Source of the DNA: Macrostomum hystrix
Taxonomy: Eukaryota > Animalia > Platyhelminthes
Reading direction: 5' to 3'
NCBI GenBank assembly: GCA_950097015.1
Contig: CATNEN010000008.1
Span: 3,162,001 to 3,226,000, forward strand
DNA length: 64,000 bases
This document shows, piece by piece, positions 26,501 to 37,500 of the stretch; positions within the stretch are counted from its first letter, which is position 1; each line of letters begins with the position of its first letter. A program made the translations under genes and the position numbers. The notes under the pieces are model-generated. The model searched no databases. It was not told where the DNA came from and saw only the letters and a list, made by a program, of their open reading frames with translations.

Positions 26501-29500
26501 AGTGTCTATGCAATTGGATTGAGTTAGCTTTGATACTGTCTATGCAATTGGATTGAGTTAGCTTTGATAGTGTCTATGCAATTGGATTGAGTTAGCTTTG
26601 ATAGTGTCTATGCAATTGGATTGAGTTAGCTTTGATAGTGTCTATGCAATTGGATTGAGTTAGCTTTGATACTGTCTATGCAATTGGATTGAGTTAGCTT
26701 TGATAGTGTCAATGCAATTGGATTGAGTTAGCTTTGATAGTGTCTATGCAATTGGATTGAGTTAGCTTTGATAGTGTCTATGCAATTGGATTGAGTTAGC
26801 TTTGATACTGTCTATGCAATTGGATTGAGTTAGCTTTGATACTGTCTATGCAATTGGATTGAGTTAGCTTTGATACTGTCTATGCAATTGGATTGAGTTA
26901 GCTTATTTAGTGTCTAAGCAATGCGATAAGTTTTCAATCCAAGAAGTGAGAGCTAAAATAGTCGAGACTGAAAGCCGCAGTGCTTCAACAGAGCTCTTCC
27001 CGCTCCCTACAACCGCAGGAGTCGCGAGTCCTCAGCTGGTGGCCGAGAGCTCCAGCTTCTCTGTGAGCTGCGAGCTGCACTGCAATGTCACCGATTTGAG
27101 CACAGACTCAGGCCAGATGCGGATCTGCTCTTCAGATGGCAGGTGTTCAGAAAATCAAACGCTGCTGATTAGCAAAGCGCAGCCTGTCCATTCTGGAAAG
27201 TACACTTGCAGACTCGGCTCCAGTGACCGCAGTCTGTCGACCACAGTCTCCGTGCTCTGTGAGTTTCCCAATGACCCCAGATCCTCTGACAAGCTGCTGA
27301 AAGTATCAAGGAATATAGATTCTCAGGTAGAAATATTGCAGTGCACCTGTCGGCTAATCTTGTAAACGTAAAAAACATTTCAGCGTCTTCTCCAAGCCAA
27401 GTGGTCGCGATGAACTCCGAGCTCTCTGTGAGCTGCTGGCTGCACTGCAACAGCTCGGAGCAATGCCCGAACTCAGGTGACCTTCAGTTGATCCTGCCAA
27501 ACGGTAGCCACGTGTCGGGCAAGAATCTGAGGATTGTCCGTGCGCAGCCAGGTAACGCAGGTGAATACACCTGCGCTGCTGGGAATGTCACGAAGCGGAC
27601 CGCTGTGGCTTTGCTGTGTGAGTCTCGACTTCTGCGAGTTCATCTGGCTCTGCTTTTCTTAACACTAAATGATTAGTATGATCAAATGATACGTCAGATT
27701 TTGAGCCCGGAGTTCTGTGCGCGAGTACATGGATAATTACGTAGATATCCTAACTTAGTCTTCAACCAAAATGTTTTGAGAAGTGCCCATGAGAAGGCCA
27801 ATTTTGGAAATGCGAATGCTAATTTAAAAACCAAAGCGATCAATCCCATGTACTTATGAGTGGCTGTGAGCCATTGTTGTGACGCTTTTGATTGATAGAA
27901 TCCTCATTCACAAGCCATATCCCATCAACTGCAGCCGCAACACCTGACCAAGTGGTCGCGCATGGTTCAAAGCTCTCTGTGAACTGCTCACTGCTCTACC
28001 CTGACTCCAAGGCTTTCCATGAGCCGCAGGTCTGTCTTCCGAACGGCAGCTGCACCAGAAAAGCGTCTGTGGAAATTTTGAGCTCAACTCCTCAGGACGC
28101 TGGAGTCTACAAGTGCAAGCTGAACTCAACAGAAGTGGAGTCGGTTGTCACTGTGCTGTGTGAGTCTCACATCCATTCTCAGCTTCCTTGAGCACGGATA
28201 CTCAGTTTTGACTAACAGCTCTTTCGTTGCAGCATCGACTCCAGACTTGACTGTGGTGGCAAACACAAGCTTCACAGTTGAATGCTCATTGCACTGCGGC
28301 TCTGAGAGCTGCAGAGTGCAGGGGCAAGTTCAGCTCTGCTTTCCTAACGGCAGCTGCTCGGAGACTGGAGAAAATCGCAGGCTAGTAGAGATTCTCAGAG
28401 CACAGCCTCAGCACTCAGGCAACTACACTTGCAGAGCCGGATCTGCTGCCAAGTCAGCATCGGTCACCGTGATTTGTAAGAAAATTGGCTATAAATTTTA
28501 CATGCTAGAATGAACAATACGGTATGCACAGCCAGTCCTTCGGGTACGTACTTCATGTGGTCTAATACTTCCCGACAACATTCCACACTCATAGCAGTGC
28601 TTGATACGCATCTAGTTAGAGCTTGTAGACCTGCAGTTAGAGCATCGGACTCCTGACCAAGAGGTCCGAAGTTCGAATCTCAACCCATGAGATATCATAT
28701 GTGCCCTTGATTCCCCAATTCGGTTCACCCAGCTGTCAAATCGGTACCAGAATTAGCTGGGATAGAAATTTAGGATCGTGTGATGGCCCCCCGTCCACGG
28801 ACTGAACAGTTGTACACAGCCTCTCGCCTCGCTGCCAAGTCGTAGCTATAGCTGTGACTTGTGCCATAGACAGTACACATTGCCCAGCTGTGCTAGGTGT
28901 CACATCTCTCCGTGTAAAACTAACAGTAAAAGCGAAGCGCCTCGGACCTCCCTGCAGACCCGCCGACAAACGTGTCAGTCACGCTGCTGAATTCGCACAA
29001 TTGCACCATTGTGTCAGACATCATCGTCAGCTTTAGCTCCTCAGAATCTCACCCGCTACCTGAGCACAGGTGCCATGCAGTAGGTGGTGGAGTCATTAAA
29101 CAATCCACACTGCTATCAACTGTGAGTTTTGACTTCATTCTATGAGCAATATTGAATTGTGAGCACGCAATGGAATGCAAAATTTTCTAGCTTTTCGAAA
29201 TTTCAGAACACCAGCGAGAACGGCTCAAGAGTTAGTCTGTGGCGTCTTGTTAGTGTTGGAGATCGCTGGCTGGATGCAAGCAGGGGTACAGTTCATTGCG
29301 CTGCTGCTCACAATGGATCGACCACCAGCCCATTCAGCTACGTCTCAGAAAATAGTGCCAGTTGGACTTGCGGCAAATCAAAAGGTACTGGTAGATCGCA
29401 GAGCAGTGCTTCTCTTCTCGCGGCTCTGGGAGGAATCAGTGCTGCGACATTGGTGGCTGCGCTGGTCATCTTCCTGACAACAACACTGGTTAGTGATGCA

Positions 29501-30742
29501 AGCCTGTAATATCGTGTCTATTAAGGACCACTGGGAGTTAAACGACGAAAAAAATAGTTTTTTTAGTTTTGGAGACACGGAAAACATTGAGACGGGAAAT
29601 TTTCACAGTCTTTGTTTACTGAAAGCAGATCCAATGAATCGTACACAATATGTTATTCCTGGAAAGTTGATTTTCAAACAGTTTTCTTTACAAGGTCTAA
29701 GCGTACAAAAATAAATAAGTTGTAAGACAAGAGTCTAGAGATTGCATTCAGAATATTATAAATTTATAAATTTGCCAGCTCACTGATCAGAGAATGGAGA
29801 AAACAAAAAGCTTGTTATCGAGTAGTTTTGTTATTTTAAGAGCTCTTTAGACATGCTTAAATGCTTGTTAACTGTACCGTAAGCACTACTCACAAACTTT
29901 TAGCGCAAGGCAAGATCCACCCAGCCGACTGTTGAGACTCTGAGTCTGAAGTCCCTGCCCTTAGCCAGCTGCGATATGGACTCGGATTTACCTACGGTTG
30001 CTCCTTCGGTGAGTTGCGTAATTAGCGCGGTAGTTCGGTCATTTAAGCGGTGACTGGCAGAGAGGTAACACGTCTGACACTTGCACAAATGTCCCTCACA
30101 ATTTAGGCCCTTGTGGCCCTTGTACAACCTTTAATAATTTTTAATAACTGCAGGCTACATGGTTTGCTGACACTAGACCTGCAGACAGCGAGGAGGCAAT
30201 TCTGCCCATACACATACACGTTCCGTATGCAGGCACACGCTCACACAGGTGTGTACATCTGCCCTGGCTTTCTCATCGTCAGGCAGTGTACACTCTCACT
30301 GTGCCTTGGAAGTTGGCCCTCAAGCGCGTAAATTGCACGACAAGCCCCCAAGCCTTCTCTCCACAGCAGCGCCCCAAATTAAAATGTGGCCTCGCCGCGG
30401 AATCGAGCTCAGGGACCTTGGTGCGAGAGGCAAACTCGTTAGACCCACAGCCAACTATACTTAGTGAGAGGTGTACAGTGCCTGACGATGAGAAAGTCAG
30501 GGCAGATGTACACACCCTGTGTGTGTGCACAGGGTTGTCACAGGGATCTGTGCATGTGAATTGTCGCATATATTTAAAAGTGCCAGATTTCAATCCAGGT
30601 GAGCTACTTCAGCTACAATGAGCCGGAGTGCAACTACTTGACGGTGGCTCCGTCGGCGGCTGCTCGGGCTGGTGCTGTGCAGAGCCAGGACTCGGACAGC
30701 GACTGCACCGAGTATACCGAAATAGCTACTGACGGGATCTGA
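17572..30742 (+). CDS. G4: large receptor SP-FTLD-Ig-FTLD-4Ig-FTLD-4Ig-proximal domain-TM-class B tail
   Basis: SP 17572-17635 MPTLPLILLLLGSVCAGAAAD; FTLD1 17712-17954, 18020-18231 (GC donor AG|GCAAGT), 19041-19134; Ig 20295-20510; FTLD2 20997-21236, 21333-21544, 21610-21721; Ig 22390-22626, 22717-22959, 23032-23259, 24318-24551; FTLD3 24672-24914, 25339-25556, 25628-25724; Ig 27019-27258, 27384-27617, 27935-28159, 28233-28475; proximal 28958-29121; TM exon 29207-29488; 29904-30008; tail 30599-30742 ...PECNYLTV...DSDCTEYTEIATDGI*. No disruption seen. Confidence 0.85.
18570..18975. repeat. 15-bp array AAAGCCCTCCCT(T/A)CA
   Basis: Lies in the G4 intron 18232-19040. Confidence 0.95.
19473..20230 (-). 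mobile_element. Non-LTR retrotransposon (LINE) 3' ORF2 fragment
   Basis: SRFRLGDHKL...RTCPKCRVEVENEIRILFRC, a C-terminal Cys/His-type knuckle of LINE ORF2. Related copies at 1-225, 4600-5240 and 42330-42520. Confidence 0.7.
21737..22367. repeat. 49-bp array with shorter deletion variants
   Basis: Unit GAGTTCATTCGGCAGGTTTTGGAGATGCAGCAGGGAACTGGCATTGCAT. Confidence 0.95.
23262..24322. repeat. 81-bp array, about 13 units, each containing the splice acceptor of the next Ig exon
   Basis: Each unit contains CCAATATTTCAG|CTTC, matching the real acceptor at 24317/24318. Confidence 0.95.
25772..26908. repeat. 34-bp array GAGTTAGCTTTGATAGTGTCTATGCAATTGGATT
   Basis: Direct tandem units. Confidence 0.95.
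28620..28900 (+). mobile_element. tRNA-headed SINE family 3 with CACCCAGCTGT..AAT.GGTACC core (related 32945-33110, 56030-56175, 52250-52320)
   Basis: GTTAGAGCATCGGAC...GAAGTTCGAATCT head. The core resembles the conserved central domains of Nin/Meta-type SINEs (recalled from memory, not searched). Confidence 0.5.
30175..30590. mobile_element. Two SINE family 1 copies in opposite orientation
   Basis: Minus copy 30175-30455 abuts a plus-strand body fragment 30460-30590; both contain the CCTGAC/GTCAGG hairpin segment. Confidence 0.65.
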
Positions 30743-31540
30743 GACTGGGAAAGCCGGAGTGTTCTAGACTCCTTCGCTAGCATGACGATAAACTGTAGTT
30801 AATTATAGTGTCATATATATTCCGTCTCAGCGCTCAAACAATAGGCCGAATATTTTAGTAAATCATTTATTTCTAGTTCTGTTCTTTTCGAACAAAGGCG
30901 CGTGTATCCAAGACAAAACGGGGATGTATGTTCATTATCGAATTTTTTTCACTGAGTCACTCGTTTAACTCTAGTAAATATTTAGCACTTTTAAACAGTT
31001 TTCTGCTGGAGTTTTTGGTTTTCAAGACACCTTGATTCAATCAATACAATGGCACACAGTAAATGAGTCATGCATGACCCTGATTAATAAACTCTCTATG
31101 CACCATCCGATTTGTTAATGTGTCTGTCGTCGGCAACATAAGAAGACGTTTAGCAACAGAAAGATCATTAATAGACTTTGCAAGCTGTTTTCGTCACATC
31201 AATCAGGACCTTAGACATGCCTAGTACATAGTTAGGCTTGCAGGCTAAATCAGTACATCCACACGGACTTGTTTACGCAGTCGCATAGACAAAAGCAAAG
31301 GCCATATTACTCGAATAAAGAGAAACTGCTAATTTAATGTCGTTGGAATTAAATTGAGCTTCTTTCAATCTTATTCTTGATCTTATTTTTATGCGAAACT
31401 TAATATAGAACTGGCACAGGTGATCGCTCACAGCTAAAACTGACAGGTGCGAATATAAAGGCGAAAAATAATTTGTCTAAAATGCATAGCAGAGAGGGAG
31501 ATCAATTTGTAAGGTCTGGAGTAACTGATCACCAAAATTC

Positions 31541-34500
31541 ATGTCAAAAGTCCGGCTAGCTCTGTTCCTGCTGCTGTCAGTACTGTGTACTCCAAGTTCT
31601 CAGCTAGACTGTGAGTTCACCTACAGTATTTATCAACAGCTGGGGGCAACAAGTAACTCCCCAGTGACATTGCCCATTGAGTAAAACGCTGCGTGGATAT
31701 CTTTAGTCCATGGACAGAGCAGGGTGAAATGTAGCAATTTGCAAAGTGCCTTGCTCAGGGACACAGAGATTACTTCCCCAGGGCTGAGATTCGAGCTTCC
31801 GATGTGTAGGTTGGTGCAGAATCCAGTTAAAGGTTGAGTCTAAAGGGCGTAAATTGCACAACAATCCCCCAAGCCTTCTCTCCGCGGCTGCGCCCCAAAT
31901 GAATGTGGCTTCACCGCGGAATCGAGCACAGGGACCTTGGTGCGAGAGTCAAACGCGTTAGACCCCTCTGCCACTCACCCCCACCGCATGAACACGAGTT
32001 TTCAGGTGAGCTGCCGATTCGCCGTGATCTCGTTCTGAACGCGTGGCAGTCGTCATTTGCGGATGGGCCGACATGTTTCCATGACCGGTCGCCTGCAGAA
32101 GAAGGCTCCGTCGTTATGAACAGGAAGCAGAGCTACAAGTTCTTCCATAGCGGCGGCAGGAGCCAGGCAGACGGAGGATTCCACTGGTTCGCAGTGCAGC
32201 TGAATGAGTCGGTGCTCATCAGATCGGTCACTGTGAAGGGCCGAGACGGTTGGTAGCGGGCAGCCACCTAGCTGCAGATCAAAGCATATTGTATTGTGCC
32301 ACAATGGGGGGTTGTAGCCTAGTGGCGTAGCCAGGATTTTTTTCTATGGGGGCACGCTCTGGAGGCGCCACTCCCACGGGGGCGCCACTCCCACGGGGGC
32401 GCCACTCCCACGGGGGGCGCCACTCCCACGGGGGCGCCACTCCCACGGGGGCGACACTCCCACGGGGGCGCCACTCCCACGGGGGCGACACTCCCACGGG
32501 GGCGCCACTCCCACGGGGGCGCTGCTACTAGGGTTCGCCGCATATAGTTTCGTCAGCCGATTGGGGGAGGCCGTGGCCCCCCTTGCCCCCCTGTCTAGGC
32601 CCCTGGTTGTAGCCTAATAGTAATAATAATTGCAGGAGGTCTCCGGGGCCAGCCAGCGAGGATGCAATTCTGCCCATTTCGCTGACTCCTGAGCACACAC
32701 GCACACAAATACTGTACGCAGGCACACGCTCACACAGATGTGTACATCTGCCCTGACTTTCTCATCGTCAGGCAGTGTACATTTCACTGTGCCTTGGAGG
32801 TTGGCCCTTAAGGGCGTAAATTGCACGACAAGCCCCCAAGTCTTCTCTCTGCGGCTGCGCCCCAAATGAATGTGGCCTCGCCGTGGAATCGAACTCAGGG
32901 ACCTTGGTGCGAGAGGCAACGCGTTAGACCACTCGGCCACCGAACCCCCCTGGTTGTGGCCTAGTGGATAGAGCGTCGGACCCGACTTGAAGGTTCGACT
33001 CCACTTGAAAAATTTGTGTCCTTTGTCAAGACACTTATGGGTACCAGCATCAGGTGAGGTGTGGCGTCCCCCAGTCCATGGACTGAACAGACATACACAG
33101 CCTTAAGATACACATTATATTTATTCTGTCAGTATATCAACTACTTGCAGATGGAGCCCTTGAGAATGTGTACCAGAGGGCCAGAGACGTTGAAATCTGG
33201 ACTTCGAGCAGTTTAAAGTCACCCTTCTCAGCTGATCACTGCAGCGCGAGTAATTTGAGCAGTCAGTTCAATGATTCGCTGCAGCACTGGTCCTGGTGCG
33301 GCTCCACAGAGAACAGCCTGAGTCGCGCACCTGCGGTTGGAGAGCTGCTGCCTGTGAGCTGCATCGCGGAGGTGATTATAGAGTTTGCGACTCTTCTTGA
33401 AGATTTTAAATCCAATCTCGAAATACTTTTTACTGGTTCCTTTTTTCTTCAGGTGCGCTACCTGCTGCTTAGGAAGAGCGTCACAGGTGCTGACTACATG
33501 AGCTTCTCAGCCCTGCTGCTGCACACTGTTGATCTGGGTGAGCATTTCATGCCGTGTTTCAGAGTCAGCTTGCTTTTGCGCCTTAGAAACTTGCTGTTGC
33601 AGGGAGACACCCAAGAAACTTGGGTTGCAGGGAGACGCCATAGAAACCTGGGATTGCAGGGAGATGACCTAGAAACCTGGGGTTGCAAGGAGACACCCAA
33701 GAAACCTGGGATTGCAGGGAGACGCCATAGAAACCTGGGGTTGCAAGGAGACACCCAAGAAACCTGGGATTGCAGGGAGATGACCTAGAAACCTGGGGTT
33801 GCAAGGAGACACCCAAGAAACCTGGGATTGCAGGGAGACGCCCTAGAAACCTGGGATTGCAGGGAGACGCCATAGAAACCTGGTGTTGCAGGGAGACGCC
33901 TTAGAAACCTGGTGTTGCAGGGAGACGCCCTAGAAACCTGGGGTTGCAAGGAGACACCCAAGAAACCTGGGGTTGCAAGGAGACACCCAAGAAACCTGGG
34001 ATTGCAGGGAGACGCCATAGAAACCTGGTGTTGCAGGGAGACGCCCTAGAAACCTGGGGTTGCAAGGAGACACCCAAGAAACCTGGGATTGTAGGGAGAT
34101 GACCTAGAAACCTGGGGTTGCAAGGAGACACCCAAGAAACCTGGGATTGCAGGGAGACACCCTAGAAACCTGGGATTGCAGGGAGACGCCATAGAAACCT
34201 GGTGTTGCAGGGAGACGCCATAGAAACCTGGTGTTGCAGGGAGACGCCCTAGAAACCTGGGGTTGCAAGGAGACACCCAAGAAACCTGGGATTGCAGGGA
34301 GACGCCCTAGAAACCTGGGATTGCAGGGAGACGCCCTAGAAACCTGGGGTTGCAGGGAGACGCCCAAGAAACCTGGTGAATACTACAGGAACCGCTAGCT
34401 CACACTCCGTAGGGTCCAGACAGCCGTTCGCTTTGTACCTGCTAACAGCAGCACATCAAGCAACTTGATTTTCCACGCCTCTTCCAATCCGCAGCAATAT

Positions 34501-37500
34501 CTGCGACACAGGTGGTGACACAGAACTCCGATCTCAGCGTCAACTGCTCGCTGCATTGCAACAACGGCGCTAATCTGGTGCCGAAGTCAAGTAGCCTGAC
34601 ACTCTGCCAGCCGAACGGTCGATGCAGTGCAGCGGGGCGCGGTCTTCAGATAGCCAGTGCTCAGCCTGAGCACTCTGGAAACTACACCTGCAAATTTGGC
34701 AATTTCGCAAGGTCGACTTCGGTCAGTCGTGGTCTGTAAGTGGTTTTCCTTTGAATCAGGAGGGGGCTGCAGACTAACCTTTGTCGACACCAGCTTTAGC
34801 TCAAACTGTACTATTACCTCTGCAGGCAATTTCCCAATTCGAAGGGATCTTATTTACGGCTCCTGGCAGTCATCCAGCTATGCTCAGACTTGCTTCCACA
34901 ATAGAAGCACATCAACAGAGAGCAAAGAGATCAAGAGTTACAGGTTCTTTCACAGCGCTGACAGAAGCCAAGCTGACACCGGATTTCATTGGTTCGCAGT
35001 GCAGTTGAAAGAGCCATTGCTCATCAGGTCCGTTACAGTTAAGAGCAGAGAAGGTGAGTTGCAGCTTTATTGAATTCTTTCACCCGTAGCAGCTCGTGTG
35101 AGTAATATGATTGAAGTTCTAGGGGAGGCCAGTGGATGAGTAGCCATATCCTCGTCTAAATTTCAGTTGGAAGTAGCAGTGATTTTTCAAGAGCTAGAGG
35201 GATCGAGATATATACTTCGGCTAGACAGGGCAGTATATTTTCTGGCGATCACTGTCATTCGCGAAGCATGAGCAAGGACTTTTATGAAGTCGGACAATGG
35301 ACTCTGTGCGGTCGGACGGAGAAGCTCGGTACTGTCACCTCGGGAGAACTTTTCACTGTGACGTGCGAGGCAGAGGTTGGTCGCTTCTGGTGATCTATTT
35401 ATAGTAAACAACTTTCCCTGCTTCCAGGAGAAATTCCCCAGTTCTCGGATATCTCGGAAGAATAATATAATGTGCAGGAGGGCTGCGGGCCCTGGCATCA
35501 TTTGGTGACAGAAGACCCGCTGCCAGCGAGATGCAATTCTGCCCAGTCAGCTGGGTATCCTCTGCTGACGACACACTCACACAGGTGTGTCCATCTGCCC
35601 TGACTTTCTCATCGTCAGGCAGTGTACACTCTCACTGAGCCTTGAAGGTTGGCCCCCAAGGACGTTAATTGCGTGACAAGCCCCCAAGCCTTCTCTCCGC
35701 GGCTGCGCCCCAAATAAACATGGCCTCGCTTCAGAATCGAGATCAGGGACCTTGGCGCGAGAGGCAGGCGCGTTAGACCGCTCTGCCACCGACCCCCGTT
35801 TCTTCTTTCATTATTCTGTAAAATCACAATCGCAAAACATAAGACCAGAAACCTCCATCTTTCATTATTCTGTAAAATCACAATCGCAAAACATAAGACC
35901 AGAAACCTCCATCTTTCATTATTCTGTAAAATCACAATCGCAAAACATTCGAGCATCCTCTAGATATTCAACAACTCTTGTCGGGGTGTCCGTTGGCAGA
36001 AACCACCAATAAAGGCATAAATGTTTATACTCTAAAAATGTTTATCATATAAGCATGTCGGCTATTATGGTTGCCATAAAGAATTGCTGAATATCTCGAC
36101 GATGCTGACGTCGGAGGGCTTTGAAAGTTAGTTCATCGTGAAGGGCGGAAAGTTTTGATCGATATGGCGGACTTTCAAAAAAGTCGGTCATTCGGTTTGG
36201 GAGCTGTCGTGAAGTGGGCATTAAAAATAGCGTTGAAAATTGAAAATTTCATTGCAATGAAACAATCTGGGAATATCTATTCCCCTGTGTGTGAGTGTGT
36301 GCCTGAGTACGTATCCGTGTGTCTTTTGTGTGCTCATAGGTGAACGAAACCCATGATTCTGGATTGCCTTCTCGTGGCTACGGGTCAAGATCGGTTATTG
36401 AGGTCGGTAATCTACAATAATTCAATCCCTTCAGGTCCGGCATTTGCTCCTCAGAAGGGCCGACTTCGTGAATGATGAGCAGTACATGAACTTTGCAGAC
36501 CTCACACTGCACACTTATCCGCTGAGTAAGTTACACCTGTTAAGTTTGATGAGTTGAGTCTAGTCTAATGAGAATGTCTTTCTGCTTCTCTGCCCGTTTT
36601 GCTAGGGATAGTGAGTCCTCAGTTGGTGGCGGAAAACACCAACTTCACTGTCGGGCTGCTCATTTCACTGTGGCGGCTCTGAGCACACGGGTGCCAACTC
36701 AACCAATATCAGGCTCTGCTTCTCTAACGGCAGTTGCACCTCAGAACGGGAACTGATGGTGCTCCGAGCACAGCCTGAGCACTCTGGGAGGCTTACTTGT
36801 CGATTCGGAGCTCTCGTGATCTCTAATACTGTGACTGTACTCAGTGAGTTCTTCGTTTTTTAACGTCATTTCTTAGAAAAAGTAGCAACCTGTTGAAGAT
36901 TTTTTCTGCTTTATTTGGCATGATGGATACAATGACGTTTGGGATGGATACAATGACGTTTGGGATGGATACAATGACGTTTGGGATGGATACAATGACG
37001 TTTGGGATGGATACAATGACGTTTGGGATGGATACAATGACGTTTGGGATAAATTTACAGCCAGTGTCACAGCAATAACTAACAGCGCATCCAAAGCTGC
37101 ATACAGCTGTTCAGTCCATGGACAAGCTGCATACAGCTGTTCAGTCTATGGACAAGCTGCATACAGATGTTCTGTCCATGGACAAGCTGCATACAGCTGT
37201 TCAGTCTATGGACAAGCTGCATACAGATGTTCTGTCCATGGACAAGCTGCATACAGATGTTCTGTCCATGGACAAGCTGCATACAGATGTTCTGTCCATG
37301 GACAAGCTGCATACAGCTGATTAGTCCATGGACTGTGCTGTAGCGTACTCACAAAAATTTCTCGGCCAGTTGGGGATCGGCGAGTTGAGGATCAGCCAGT
37401 TGGGGATCGGCGAGTTGGGGATCTGCGAGTTGGGGAACGGCGAGTTGTTACGCAGAAAAAGAAACGACACTTTGTCACTGACACTCCCAGAGTCTTCACC

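Noticed and set aside
32745-32795. Hammerhead ribozyme core (CUGACGA...GAAA on the SINE strand)
   Set aside because: Only 3 nt separate CUGACGA from GAAA, so stem II cannot form, and CUGAC is sequestered by pairing with GUCAG; better read as a simple hairpin.
32860-32942. tRNA gene
   Set aside because: A- and B-box-like motifs are present, but it continues into a shared non-tRNA body in multiple diverged copies, so it is a SINE head. tRNAscan-SE would settle it.
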